DNA of 42,809 nt from Candidatus Huberarchaeum crystalense (lineage in GTDB: Archaea; Huberarchaeota; Huberarchaeia; Huberarchaeales; Huberarchaeaceae), in the NCBI GenBank assembly GCA_002790315.1, contig PFUW01000040.1:1-42809 (forward strand). The letters run 5' to 3'. The translations under genes were made by a program, and so were the position numbers. Positions within the stretch are counted from its first letter, which is position 1; the number at the start of each line of letters is the position of its first letter. The notes under the pieces were generated by a model that saw nothing but the letters and a program-made list of their open reading frames with translations, was not told where the DNA came from and did no database searches. Positions 18,103 through 28,890 of the stretch are shown in pieces.

Positions 18103-18906
18103 ATGGCTATTAACTCAAAGCAAATATTTACGTTGGCGTTTAGTGCTATAGTATTGAGTATATTTATTGTTTCTGCTGTTTTTATTAGTGGGTGTGTTGG
18201 AAGTACTAATCAAAACCAATCAAATTTGGCAAGCGAAATCCCAATCAACACAGGAACTGCGGTTTTTACAATTACAGATGCTGCGATGAACATGGGCGCT
18301 GTAAGTTCTGTTAACATAACAATTAACAAAATTGAAATAAACAGCAAAAACAAAGGATGGATTGTTCTTTCAAATGAAGTGCAGACCTATGATTTACTAG
18401 AATTAAAAGCTGAAAACACAAGCAAATTATTAGTTATAGCAAATTTGTCTGATGGTTTATACAATCAAGTAAGATTGCATATATCTAAAGTTATTATTAT
18501 AAAAAATGGCGCGCCTATTGAAGCAAAACTTCCAAGCAATGTACTAAAAATGAATATTAATTTTAAAGTTATTGAAAACAAAACTTCAACAGTGTCTTTT
18601 GATTTTATAGCAGATGAATCATTGCATACAACAGGCGACGGAAAAATAATAATGGCACCTGTTATAAAAGTTGAAACAAGAACAAGCGTAAATGTTCAAA
18701 TCAAGGGGCAAAATAAAGTTGAAATTCAAGATGGCAAAGTTGAAGAGAATTTTGAGGTTGGAATGAATGAAAAAGGAGATGTTGATGTTGGAATAAAAAT
18801 TAAAGCAAACACCGAAATATCAATTTCTGAAAATGGAAAAATAGAGGTTTTTAGAAAAGGAAAAGTAANNNNNNNNAAATATAGAAGTATACCTAAAACT
18901 AAATAA
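18103..18906 (+). CDS. Lipoprotein, DUF4382-like; 3' end unreliable at the N gap
   Basis: Signal peptide with lipobox ISGC; ITDA, YDLLEL, G.YNQVRL, KLPS..LK, FDF..DESL. Confidence 0.75.
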   Translation: MAINSKQIFTLAFSAIVLSIFIVSAVFISGCVGSTNQNQSNLASEIPINTGTAVFTITDAAMNMGAVSSVNITINKIEINSKNKGWIVLSNEVQTYDLLELKAENTSKLLVIANLSDGLYNQVRLHISKVIIIKNGAPIEAKLPSNVLKMNINFKVIENKTSTVSFDFIADESLHTTGDGKIIMAPVIKVETRTSVNVQIKGQNKVEIQDGKVEENFEVGMNEKGDVDVGIKIKANTEISISENGKIEVFRKGKVXXXKYRSIPKTK

Positions 18907-18922
18907 AAATGCAGATATCCAA

Positions 18923-19153
18923 GTGCATATTTATGGAATAGCTTCGCGCCAAGGATCTAATCTAATTGACGAAACTAAAAATGTAAGTGTTTCTACTGAA
19001 GGTCAAAGTTCTGTTAAATTTGATGTAAATGCTCCTACTTGCACGCATGGATGTGGGGCAAGATATTTCCCGGGACTATATCTGCTAAATGCAGAAGTAA
19101 TTGTTAATGGAGAAGTAGTTGATAAAACAACTATTAATGTTGAACTTTACTAA
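18923..19153 (+). CDS. C-terminal fragment of a secreted beta-sandwich protein, joined across a gap
   Basis: Open frame with CxxGC and PGLY.LNAEV directly after the N gap; start not reliable. Confidence 0.45.
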   Translation: MHIYGIASRQGSNLIDETKNVSVSTEGQSSVKFDVNAPTCTHGCGARYFPGLYLLNAEVIVNGEVVDKTTINVELY

Positions 19154-19292
19154 ACAAAAATATAACTTGATTTTTAACCCAAATATTTTTATTATTTATT
19201 GGATTTTTCCAAGAGCCACATATAAATTATAGTTATTCTTATTCTAATGATTAGTGTTGTTCCTAATAACTTAAAAAAGATATAAAATATCT

Positions 19293-19436
19293 TTTGTTTG
19301 TCTTGAATTAAAGCAACAGCCAACAAATATAACTAAAATTTTTGTTTGTTGTTTGAATTAGAACAATATTTAGCAAATCTAACTAAAAATTTTGTTTGTC
19401 TTGAATTAAAGCAACGGCCAACAAATATAACTAAAT
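19293..19436. repeat. Degenerate tandem repeat, unit about 49 bp, three copies
   Basis: tttgtttgtcttgaattaaagcaac(a/g)gccaacaaatataactaaa twice with a diverged middle copy. Confidence 0.75.
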
Positions 19437-19494
19437 ATAAAGTATAAAAATATAAAAAACAATTGTTGTTATATTTACTATAATCTTTTTCAAT

Positions 19495-20463
19495 CTAAGA
19501 GCCTTTGCTCAACTCAATCAATAGCTTCATAAAAACACTCTCAGGCGGCAAATTTTCATAATTTCCCTTTACTCCTAACTCAAGCAACTTTCTTCCTCTG
19601 CTGTAAACATTCATATTTACAACTCCAAAAATTGTTTGTGTTGCCATAATAACTTTAACACCCTTTTTTATCAAATTTTCAATTTCAGGCAAGCAATTTT
19701 CATGAACATGCCCAAGACCAGTGCCTTCAATAACCAATCCAGAATAATTGATATAATTTCGCAAAATTTTAGGATCAAAACCAGGATGAACTTTAATTAA
19801 ACCAACCCATATATTTTTATCAATTAAAGTTAATTCAAACTTCTCTTTATTTATTATAACTTTGTGCAACATCTCAACTTCGCCAGACAAGTAAGAAACG
19901 CGCGCAACCAACCCATCATCAAAAGACATAAACGCATCTCTTCTGCTTGAGTGCATTTTTCTTGCTTTTTCACCAGGCAAAACCACACAACTTTCATCAC
20001 TTTGGTTTTCGTGCATGCAAACTCCTACTCCTCCCCAATTAGTTTTAATTATAAAGCGCGCTGCGCAAATCAGATTCATTCCTGCATCAGAGCTTGGTCT
20101 GTCAGAACTTCGCTGAGCCCCAACTAAAATAACAGGAATTGGCAAATTTTTAAGCATAAAATGCAAAGCAGCTGAAGTATAATGTATTGTGTCAGTTCCG
20201 TGAGTAATTATTATTCCTTTTGTCTCTTTTTTAATTCCTTTTTTAATTGCAAGTGCCAATTCATTAACAAAATTAAAATCAACATCCTCAGACATAATAT
20301 TTGCAACTTTGATAATGTCAAAGTCAGATACTTCTTTTAGTTCAGGGTATAAAGCATAAAGTTCTTCAGGCTCAAATTTCGCAACAACTGCACCTGTTTT
20401 ATAGTCAACTTTTGAAGCGATTGTTCCGCCAGTGTGAATAATTATTATTTTTGATTTACTCAT
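19495..20463 (-). CDS. gatD: Glu-tRNA(Gln) amidotransferase subunit D, asparaginase domains
   Basis: HTGGTIASKVDYKTG, THGTDT, GAQRSSDRPSSD, RKMHSSRRDAF, GTGLGH, MNVYS.GR. Confidence 0.93.
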   Translation of the reverse strand: MSKSKIIIIHTGGTIASKVDYKTGAVVAKFEPEELYALYPELKEVSDFDIIKVANIMSEDVDFNFVNELALAIKKGIKKETKGIIITHGTDTIHYTSAALHFMLKNLPIPVILVGAQRSSDRPSSDAGMNLICAARFIIKTNWGGVGVCMHENQSDESCVVLPGEKARKMHSSRRDAFMSFDDGLVARVSYLSGEVEMLHKVIINKEKFELTLIDKNIWVGLIKVHPGFDPKILRNYINYSGLVIEGTGLGHVHENCLPEIENLIKKGVKVIMATQTIFGVVNMNVYSRGRKLLELGVKGNYENLPPESVFMKLLIELSKGS

Positions 20464-20620
20464 ATTGTTTTATAGAATCTTCTTCAATATATTCAATTTC
20501 TTCTTTATCTAAAGCAACATTATATCCGTTTTTTAGTTTGATAATTATATATTTTGGATGTAATAGTAAAATACCTTCAAACTGACTATTATCTTTTAAT
20601 TTAACCTTTATTGTTTCCAT
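20456..20620 (-). CDS. gatD: GatD N-terminal domain as a separate 54-aa ORF
   Basis: FEGILL...IIIKLKNGYNVA matches the GatD N-domain; overlaps the main ORF by 8 bp. Confidence 0.8.
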   Translation of the reverse strand: METIKVKLKDNSQFEGILLLHPKYIIIKLKNGYNVALDKEEIEYIEEDSIKQYE

Positions 20621-20651
20621 ATATTTTTTAATTATAAATTTATTTTGTTTT

Positions 20652-21293
20652 TTAAATAATTTTAAAATTGATAAGAGAATCTTTAATAGTTTCAAATAGT
20701 TTTTGATGGCCAACTGAATTGGGGTGAAGCCCCTCTTCTAATAATTTTTTGTAATTAAAATTTAGCCAATTATCAAAGATTTCAATAAAGAGAATTTTAT
20801 TCTTTTGACAAACTTCTTTTATAATTTCATTGTATTCTTTAATACTTTTATTTTTGTATGTAATATTAGTATTCCATGAAATAGGTGTGGTTTTTGATTC
20901 ATCAACAGGTGTTAAACAAATGAAAACGATTTTATTTGTAAATTTTTTAGCAATTTCTATTAATTTTTTAATATTTTCTTTAAATTTCTTTGGTGAAGTC
21001 CAATTCTTTTTTAAATTGTTAAGATAAGCAGAGTCATTACTACCAATAGAAAATAAAATAATAGTCCTATCAACGTCTTTTGATAATCTGGCTTTTATTT
21101 CTGATTCTAATCTTTTTAAGAGATAATCACTTGTATCTCCATCAACACCAAGATTATAAACAGCAAAATGATTTAAATAATTAGATAATAAAATTCTTTT
21201 ATCTAAAAATGTTTTTAATTTCTGGACATAGCCACATTCAGGATCCCAAGCTCCAAATGCTATACTGTCGCCGAAAACTAAAATATTTGCCAT
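20652..21293 (-). CDS. SGNH/GDSL hydrolase
   Basis: FGDSI, NLGVDG, GSND, EGLHP. Confidence 0.88.
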   Translation of the reverse strand: MANILVFGDSIAFGAWDPECGYVQKLKTFLDKRILLSNYLNHFAVYNLGVDGDTSDYLLKRLESEIKARLSKDVDRTIILFSIGSNDSAYLNNLKKNWTSPKKFKENIKKLIEIAKKFTNKIVFICLTPVDESKTTPISWNTNITYKNKSIKEYNEIIKEVCQKNKILFIEIFDNWLNFNYKKLLEEGLHPNSVGHQKLFETIKDSLINFKII

Positions 21294-21305
21294 AATGTTT
21301 TTTAA

Positions 21306-22778
21306 TTATTTTGGTGCCCTGTTTGTATACACTTCGCTAATGAGATGAGCAAACAACGGCCGCGTTATAAACACACCAACAAGAATTCCTATGATAGTTG
21401 TAATTGCAAAGCCCTTCAAAAAGCTGACTCCTGTTGTGAATAGCAACAACGAAGCAATAGTTGTAAATGCAGAACCATAAATAACAAAAAATGCGCGCTC
21501 AATTCGCACATGTATAGTTTTTCCTGTCTGTTCGCCAGACCTTACTTCACTCAAGATGACAATAAGATTATCAACACCTGATCCAACAATTGCAATCAAA
21601 GCTATAATAGAAGCAATATCTAAGTTCCAATGAATAAGAGCTGCAATCCCCAAAATAATTATTAATTCAGAAACCAATGCACCTATGACTAGCAAAGTGT
21701 CAATAATTTTTTTGAACCGAATAAAAATAAGAACTGCAATACCTATAAAAGCACTTACCAAAGCAATCAAAAATTCATTTAGGAAAACATTGCCCATTTT
21801 TGCAGAATAAGGCTGCATACTATATATTTTTATTTGCACAGGCAAACTTCCAGATTCAAGCAAAGCTTTCATTCTATCTGCATCTTTTTTTCCACCAGAC
21901 CCTTTAATGCTTGTAGTTATTAGTTCATCAGCACTGCTTCGCTTTAACTCGTTTGCAATAAGCAACTCGCTAACATTTTCTTTGTCAAGAAGCAAAACAA
22001 TTTTTTTATTCAAATAACCCTTATATTCTGTACTATAATCCAATGTCTTTAAAATCCGCGCATAATTTTCAGCAGCACCAGGTGTTATGGTTAAAGGCAA
22101 TTGATAACCCCCTTTCTGCGCCACTGTTGGATAGCCAACTTTAGATATTTGATCCCCTGTGAATACTGTTTTGTTGTCTATTTTTGCTTCAAATTGGCCT
22201 TGACGCAAAAGCATTTGTTCTAAGTCCTCGCGCGTTGTGCCCGCCATTGATATTTGTAGAAAATAATTATTTTCCTCTTTTAATTTAACAATCTGCATAT
22301 CAGTAAGGCCAACACTATTAATTCTGCGGTTTAAGACCCCATACACACGATCTATCATTTCAGATGCATTTGAAACAGTTTCAGGACTTTCAAAACCGAT
22401 AATAACTGTTGTTCCCCCAACAATATCCAAACCATACTTTAAACCACGGCTAGGGGTTATAGATACATTAAATCCCAAACTATTATTCTCCATTGCAAGT
22501 ATTATTTTTTTTTGTCCGTCAATTACACAAATTACACTGTCCCCTTGCTTTATTTGATTCATAGCAAAGTAATAGTCATCTATTGTTTTTATTGGCTGAG
22601 AAAAAATTGCCTCAAATGTTTGCCCAGCATACTGGCCGTTTGTAATAATAACCTTTTGACCACTGCCAAAAACCCCTAGAGGGTTAATTAAATAAATACT
22701 AGCAAGCAAAAGAATAAAAACAAAAATTGCGCGCCATTCTTTTCTAATTAAATTTTCTAAAGAGAGCTTAGCAGGCAT
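21306..22778 (-). CDS. secD: Protein-export membrane protein SecD
   Basis: LKYGLDIVGGT, RIN..GL.D, LESGSLP, GSGVDN, KGFAITT..G, ITRP. Confidence 0.92.
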   Translation of the reverse strand: MPAKLSLENLIRKEWRAIFVFILLLASIYLINPLGVFGSGQKVIITNGQYAGQTFEAIFSQPIKTIDDYYFAMNQIKQGDSVICVIDGQKKIILAMENNSLGFNVSITPSRGLKYGLDIVGGTTVIIGFESPETVSNASEMIDRVYGVLNRRINSVGLTDMQIVKLKEENNYFLQISMAGTTREDLEQMLLRQGQFEAKIDNKTVFTGDQISKVGYPTVAQKGGYQLPLTITPGAAENYARILKTLDYSTEYKGYLNKKIVLLLDKENVSELLIANELKRSSADELITTSIKGSGGKKDADRMKALLESGSLPVQIKIYSMQPYSAKMGNVFLNEFLIALVSAFIGIAVLIFIRFKKIIDTLLVIGALVSELIIILGIAALIHWNLDIASIIALIAIVGSGVDNLIVILSEVRSGEQTGKTIHVRIERAFFVIYGSAFTTIASLLLFTTGVSFLKGFAITTIIGILVGVFITRPLFAHLISEVYTNRAPK

Positions 22779-22824
22779 TTTTCACCCCAACAAAATTTTC
22801 TAAAGAGAGCTTAGCAGGCATTTT
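22750..22824. repeat. About 32-bp direct repeat duplicating the secD start
   Basis: aaattttctaaagagagcttagcaggcatttt at about 22750 and 22793. Confidence 0.8.
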
Positions 22825-22886
22825 TAATCCCCATAAAAAAGTGTCGCGGTTATGCAATATTATTTTCTCTCTTTTTATTTTTATAT

Positions 22887-23774
22887 TCATACGCTTGCCT
22901 CCTTTTTTTCTAAATACCATCTTAATATTCCTGTATTTATAATCCAAGTGTTTATAATATCAAAAGCAATCGCTATATTCATAATCAGTGCAATTGTGCG
23001 CGCAATATCATTTGTAGAAACAAGCTGAATTGCCAAAAAAGCGCACCAAGACGTTATCTGCATCGTAAGTCCTATTTTGGCTGCTGATTTTATTGAAGCA
23101 AATATTGTGCCTTCTCGCATTTTCATAAGTTTTGTAGTCAAAAGAACATCAGTATTAATTGAGTATCCAAACACAAACATAAAAGCAATGATTGTAGATG
23201 TGTTAATTTCAACACCCAAAAATGAAGCAATAATAAAGGTCTCAATAACGTCAATAAGCACACAAGAAACAGCCATAACAGAAGGCACAACACTTCGAAA
23301 ATAAAAAAATACTGCTCCCCCCATCAACAAAAAAGAAAATAGCAAAATTCTTGTTGTTTTTTCATACAAAATTTTGCCTAAATATGAATCTATTTCCTTT
23401 GCATGCGGTTTTTCTTTCAAATTAAGCGCGCTCATAACTTTCTCTTCAAATTGCTGTTTTGTCAAAGAATTGCTACCTGATTTTAGAGTAATATCTAAAA
23501 TGCGCGTTCCTGTAAAAGATGTTGTTTCTTTAACATTTACGCCACTTAAATCGCCAAGTGCTGCATAAATCTCTGTCTCGCTGCCCCCTTGCCATTCAAC
23601 AAGCGAAATTTTATATCCTCCAACAAAATCAAGGCCCAAATTCAAATTAACATTTCCTGTGCTTAATCCTATGAAAAATGCTATAACCAAAATAACAAAC
23701 AACACTATTGGAAGTACAAGCATTTTTCGATAGTTTTTGTCGAAAAATAAATCAAGTGTTTTTGCGATTGCCAT
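22887..23774 (-). CDS. secF: Protein-export membrane protein SecF
   Basis: LGLDFVGG, FRS.VPS, GYSINTDVLLT, DIINTW..N.GIL.WY. Confidence 0.92.
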   Translation of the reverse strand: MAIAKTLDLFFDKNYRKMLVLPIVLFVILVIAFFIGLSTGNVNLNLGLDFVGGYKISLVEWQGGSETEIYAALGDLSGVNVKETTSFTGTRILDITLKSGSNSLTKQQFEEKVMSALNLKEKPHAKEIDSYLGKILYEKTTRILLFSFLLMGGAVFFYFRSVVPSVMAVSCVLIDVIETFIIASFLGVEINTSTIIAFMFVFGYSINTDVLLTTKLMKMREGTIFASIKSAAKIGLTMQITSWCAFLAIQLVSTNDIARTIALIMNIAIAFDIINTWIINTGILRWYLEKKEASV

Positions 23775-23778
23775 AAAC

Positions 23779-23862
23779 TTATTTTGTAAGTTTGTAGGTT
23801 GTTGTTATTGAATAACAATATTATTTTGTAAGTTTGTAGGTTGTTGTTATTGAATAACAATA
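23779..23862. repeat. Exact 42-bp tandem duplication upstream of secF
   Basis: ttattttgtaagtttgtaggttgttgttattgaataacaata twice. Confidence 0.9.
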
Positions 23863-24001
23863 TAAAAAAATATAAAACAACCTTTACTTGTTGTTGCATA
23901 GCAAAATAATTTGCGAATGAAATAAAATTACATAAATCTAATATAAATCTAAAATCAAAGAAATAAACCCGGCTGTATTTACCCAAAAATTATTTGTATT
24001 T

Positions 24002-24154
24002 TTAGTTTTTAGTGCTATTCTTTTTTGCCCACTTAATCAAATCCAGGTTTCCTGCAAAAGGATCTGTAACTTCTTCCTTTTTGATAAATTTTTTTAATCC
24101 CTGCAAAATAAAGTTTGATTTTGTTGTGAAGAATTGGCCTAATTGTTGTTTCAT
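24002..24154 (-). pseudogene. 50-aa N-terminal stub of an amino-DNA methyltransferase
   Basis: LGQFFT (motif X) and VTDPFAGNLDL (motif I-like), then a stop; no NPPY motif follows. Confidence 0.7.
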
Positions 24155-24185
24155 AATATGTGTGGTAAAGTTGTTTAAAAAATAT

Positions 24186-25460
24186 ATGCTAACTGAAGAA
24201 AACAATCAAATTAACTTAAAAGGTTGGGTGGACACAATCCGAGAACTTGGACAAATTAAATTTATAATAGTTAGAAGTCAGCTTGAAAAATATCAGGTTG
24301 TTATAAAAAAAGATAGCTCTATCGATATTAGAGAGATAGTAAACAATCTAAACCGCGAAGATGTAGTTGAAATTATTGGTGAGAAAAAAGGAGATGAACG
24401 CGCGTCTGGTGGCTTTGAAATTATTCCTTCTAAAATTAAAATACTTGCAAAATCAAAAGATAAACTTCCAATTGAATTTAGAGATGAGATAGAAACAGAA
24501 GAATCAAAACGATTTGATTGGAGATTTTTAGACTTGCGAAATCCAAAAAAAATGGCAATTTTTAAAATTAAGCAAGTGTTTATTAGCACTGCGCGCGAGT
24601 TTTTAGAAAGCGAAGATTTTATAGAAATACATTCCCCGAAAATCGTTGGAACAGGAGCAGAAGGGGGATCTGAAATATTTCCTATTGTTTATTATTCAAG
24701 AGAGGCGTTTTTATCTCAATCACCACAATTATATAAGCAATTGGGGTTGGCTGGTGGATTTGAAAAGGTCTTTGAAATTGGAGCTAATTATCGCGCAGAA
24801 AAAAGCCACACAACGCGCCATTTGACAGAATATATTGGTTTGGACTTAGAACTTTCATTTATTGAATCAGAAGATGAACTTATGGATTTAGAAGAAAAAA
24901 TGCTTAAATACTGCTTAGAAAAAGTTAAAGAAAAATGTAAAAAAGAGTTAAAAATATGTGAAGCAACAATCAAAATTCCAAAAATTCCTTTTCCAAAAAT
25001 CGCGATTAGTGAGGCATTCAAAAAATTAAATATTAGTAATACAAATAAAAATGATTTAAGTGATAGTGAAGAAAAAGAACTTGGAAAAATTATTGAAAAA
25101 GAAACAGGCAGTCAGTTTGTTTTTGTTACAAAATATCCTTTTAGCAAGCGACCTTTTTATACTATGAAAGATGAAAAAGATCCAACACTAACTAAAAGTT
25201 TTGACTTGCTTTGGAAGGGCTTAGAAATCACAACAGGAAGCCAACGAGAACATCGGCACAATATTTTAATAAACCAATGCAAAGAAAAGGGTGTTCCTAC
25301 TCAATCAATCGCAACATATCTTGAGGCCTTTAAATATGGAATGCCGCCAGAAGGAGGAATGGGAATTGGAATTGAAAGAATTATAATGCAAATGCTAAAT
25401 TTATCAAATATTAGAGAAGCGAGCTTTTTTCCGCGAACAGCAGAAAGATTAGAGCCATAA
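24186..25460 (+). CDS. aspS: Aspartyl-tRNA synthetase (archaeal type)
   Basis: GWV..IRELG.IKF, RFLDLR, AEGG, QSPQLYKQ, YRAEKSHTTRHLTE, GLEITTGSQREH, FPR. Confidence 0.95.
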   Translation: MLTEENNQINLKGWVDTIRELGQIKFIIVRSQLEKYQVVIKKDSSIDIREIVNNLNREDVVEIIGEKKGDERASGGFEIIPSKIKILAKSKDKLPIEFRDEIETEESKRFDWRFLDLRNPKKMAIFKIKQVFISTAREFLESEDFIEIHSPKIVGTGAEGGSEIFPIVYYSREAFLSQSPQLYKQLGLAGGFEKVFEIGANYRAEKSHTTRHLTEYIGLDLELSFIESEDELMDLEEKMLKYCLEKVKEKCKKELKICEATIKIPKIPFPKIAISEAFKKLNISNTNKNDLSDSEEKELGKIIEKETGSQFVFVTKYPFSKRPFYTMKDEKDPTLTKSFDLLWKGLEITTGSQREHRHNILINQCKEKGVPTQSIATYLEAFKYGMPPEGGMGIGIERIIMQMLNLSNIREASFFPRTAERLEP

Positions 25461-25540
25461 ATAAGGAAAAATACGAAAACTATTATAAAAAAAAAGAATA
25501 TATTTATTAAAAACTTAGATTTAAACTAACAAACCAACAC

Positions 25541-26201
25541 TTATTTTTTACTTTTAATCTTTTCTTCAGCACTATTAACAGATTTTAGAATACTTTCTTT
25601 TTTGCTTTTTAAAATTTCAGCAACAGTGTCTTTAGCTCCAAGTCCTATTGCTAAGCCCAAGCCCAAAGCAAACGCCACTGCAAAAGCCATTAAAATAATT
25701 TTAAAAGTGTCGGTAATAAGCGAAGGATCAATCATAAAACAGTATAATATATTTAACAATATTTGCAACTAAGCCAGCAAACAAAAATGGCGCGCGGCGC
25801 GTATAATATGCCACATATTCTCCAACAAACAAGCCAACTATAATTAAAATTACTCCATAAATAAAAATAGGGAATAAATTTGCAATATTAGTTATAAAAT
25901 GACTAAGCATATCTAATTTTGCAAAACTAACTGCTTGTAACACTACTATTAAAAGCAAATATACATATAAAATATTTACAAAAAACTTAATGGGTGAATA
26001 GTCACCAAGAGTATTTCCAACAGGGGAGTCTGCGATTTTCTTTTCAATGTTTGCTTTCTTTAAAATAGATTTAATTACTTTGCGTATAATTTTTGCAACT
26101 ATAACTCCAACAACCAAAACAAGTATTGCTATTAGGATAGGATAAAGGTGGTTGACAATTGTTTCAACTGCCACAAGATTAGATAAATCTGTTATTTTCA
26201 T
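25541..26201 (-). pseudogene. TM-helix-repeat (CmpX/mechanosensitive channel-like) membrane protein, frameshifted near 25735
   Basis: Repeats PILIAILVLVVG and P.FIYGVILIIVG; C-terminal ALG.GLAIGLGAKD lies in a second frame. Confidence 0.7.
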
Positions 26202-26299
26202 AATATTATTTAAATGGTTTGTTTAAAAGGCAAGATTAAAAATATAACAAATATATTACTTGCTAGTAGCTTTGAGAGATTTTGACATTAATAGCAGCA

Positions 26300-28414
26300 A
26301 NNNNNNNNNTTCTTAAAAGATAAAGCATGTGATAATACATCATAAAGCGTTTTACAAGCGATAATTTTGGTGTTTGCTATTTTTGATTTTGGTAACGACA
26401 CATCTCCTAAATTTCGTAGGGGTATAATTATTGTGTTAAATCCTTGCTCAATTGCCGCAGAAATTTTTGCATTAACTCCTCCAATAGGCAGAACTTCTCC
26501 TTGTATTGAAAGTGAACCGGTCATAGCAATGTTTTGCTTAATTGGTATATTTTCAAGTGCTGAAAAAATAGCGGTTGCTACACTAATAGAAGCAGAGTCA
26601 CCCTCAACACCTTCATAAGTATATAAAAACTGAATGTGTAAGTCATAATCGCTAAGATTTTTTCCAATAAATCGTTTAATGTTTGCCTCAATATTTTGGA
26701 TTGATTCTAATGCAATTTTTTGCAGATTTCCTGTCACAATTATTTTACCTTGCCCTTTTTTGTGTGGTTTTGTTATGACTGATAAAATAGGAAGCACAAC
26801 CCCACTTGATGTCTCTCTACTTCCTATAACAGCAAGCCCATTTACTCTTCCAATTTTCGTGCCACTAATTTCAATTGCTTCATAAGATTTCAATTTTTCA
26901 CAATACTTCCCTGATATTTGGTCTTCAACAGAATAGCATTTTTTTATTGCTTCTTCAACATCTAACTCATCTGTAAACAACTTATTTTTAAATAAAGCAA
27001 TATCTCCTGCTGATCTTACAAGTCCGCCAAGTGCTCGAAAATGTGCGCTTAATTTTCCTTTTTCGCCTGCTATCATTTTGTTATATTGAATAAATCTATC
27101 AACTGCTTTATTAGTAAAATGAGGAATTTTTCCGTCATTCACTATCTCTTGAGCTATAAATACAGATAGCTTCTGACGATTTTCAGCAGTATCTTCAATT
27201 GTATCTTCCATATAAATTTCATAACCATAACCTATTATGCGCGACCTTAAAGCAGGGTGAAGTTTTTCAAGTGCATGAATATTTCCAGCAGCAACCAACA
27301 CAAAATCACAAGGCACAGGCTCTGTATGCACTGTTGAACCTCCACTCATAGGGTTTTTTCCAGTGATAGATAGCTTTTTTTCTTGCATAGCAGTCAGCAA
27401 AGCAGTTTGGGCCTCAACAGGTAAAGTAGAAACTTCGTCAATAAACAAAACACCTTTATTAGATTTATGAATCAAACCAAATTCAACTCTTTCGTGAGCA
27501 GGAGTTCCTAATCCTCCTGATTGAAAAGGATCATGCTTAACATCTCCAAGTAGCGCGCCCGAGTGAACACCAGTAGCATCATAAAAAGGCAGTTCGTGTT
27601 TTTTTCTTTCTAAAATATTTGGCTTAACGTCTTTTGTAGATGATGATAGCATTTTAAACATAATAATTATAACTACGCCTGCGATTAAACCAACAAGTAG
27701 CTGTTGGGTGTTAATTGCATAAAAAAGGACACCTATAAGTGAAACAACCATTAAAACAGTAAAAAGTAGATTTAATAAGCGCCTTTGGTCAGTAAAAGTT
27801 TGGCGATATTTTTCTGCTTCAGCAACAGAAACAATAGTAATTCTTGGATTGTTTTCGTCGCGCTCATTTGGCAAAGACATAACAGCAGGTATTTCTTTTT
27901 CAGGTAAAAGCTCTGAAAGGGCTTTTCCTAACATTGATTTTCCAGTGCCTGGTGAACCTATTAACAAAAGGTTTCTTCTTTGTTTTGCAGCTTTCATTAA
28001 AATTTCTTTAGATTTTTCTTGACCTATGATTTGTGAAAATGTTTTTTTAGGAACTGGAATTTCTTGAGTTGTTTTAAAATTTTTAGGAACAGATGGCAAG
28101 ACCTCTTTAACAAAACCCATGGAATCTATAGACAAAATAAATTGCTTTTTTTCTTTCAAATATTTTTCAAACACAATGTTGTCACCGACAGATTCAAATC
28201 TGATAACCACTGGTTTGCCATCAAATTCAGCAACAATTGGCCCATAATTTATATTGTATTTCTTTGACGGAAAAAAAGCAAAGGCATTGCCTGGTTGTGA
28301 TTTAATATTCCAAAATATGTTTGATGTTTTAGCGCGCCCATGCATTTTCTCAAAATCTGTTGCTATTTTTGATGAAAAATAAAGTTCAATTATATTATCT
28401 TTTTGCTCTGGCAT
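26300..28414 (-). CDS. lonB: Archaeal membrane-anchored Lon protease; C-terminus cut by an N gap
   Basis: IGQE, Walker A GSPGTGKS, TM insert, HDPFQSGGLGTP, LFIDE, VEGDSAS, GGVNAK. Confidence 0.95.
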
Positions 28415-28645
28415 ATATTTTTTAGTGGATTTTAGTAGTTTCTACACAACTTATTTGTATATTCTTTGCATCTTTTTTGTATAGCAGTAAGGCAATATTA
28501 TATCTTCATTTTTTTATTATTTTTTTCTATTTTTTCATTTTTTTTTATAGCAGTAAAGCAATTTTATATTCTTATTTTCCTAACATCTATCTAAAATCTA
28601 TTTGTTATGTTAATAATTAATAATAAATATTAATATTCATATAAA

Positions 28646-28890
28646 GAGCAGGAGTGAGTTGTGAAAACACGCAACAGTGTTCAATAATGCAAGGGGCAGG
28701 CGCGAGTTGTGCAAAACGCACAACAGTATTCAATAATGCAAGGGGCAGGCGCGAGTTGTGCAAAACGCACAACAACTCCGCGATGCGGACTTAAACCTGC
28801 GAAGATTTATGTTAATATTATTATATTTATATGAAGAGCAGGCGCGAGTTGTGAAAACACGCAACAGTATTCAATAATGCAAGGGGCAGG
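28646..28890 (-). repeat. Array of about 49-bp units made of the tRNA-Leu 3' end plus a GTTGTG...CAAC hairpin
   Basis: tcaataatgcaaggggcagg three times (about 28681, 28730, 28871); hairpin four times (about 28658, 28706, 28755, 28848). Confidence 0.85.

Noticed and set aside
24012-24185. 58-aa N-terminal extension of AspRS
   Set aside because: It is the antisense of the methyltransferase stub; ATG 24186 gives a normal-length protein.
28646-28890. CRISPR array suggested by GTTG...CAAC hairpin repeats
   Set aside because: The intervening sequences are themselves repeated and tRNA-derived, not unique spacers; no cas genes in the window.
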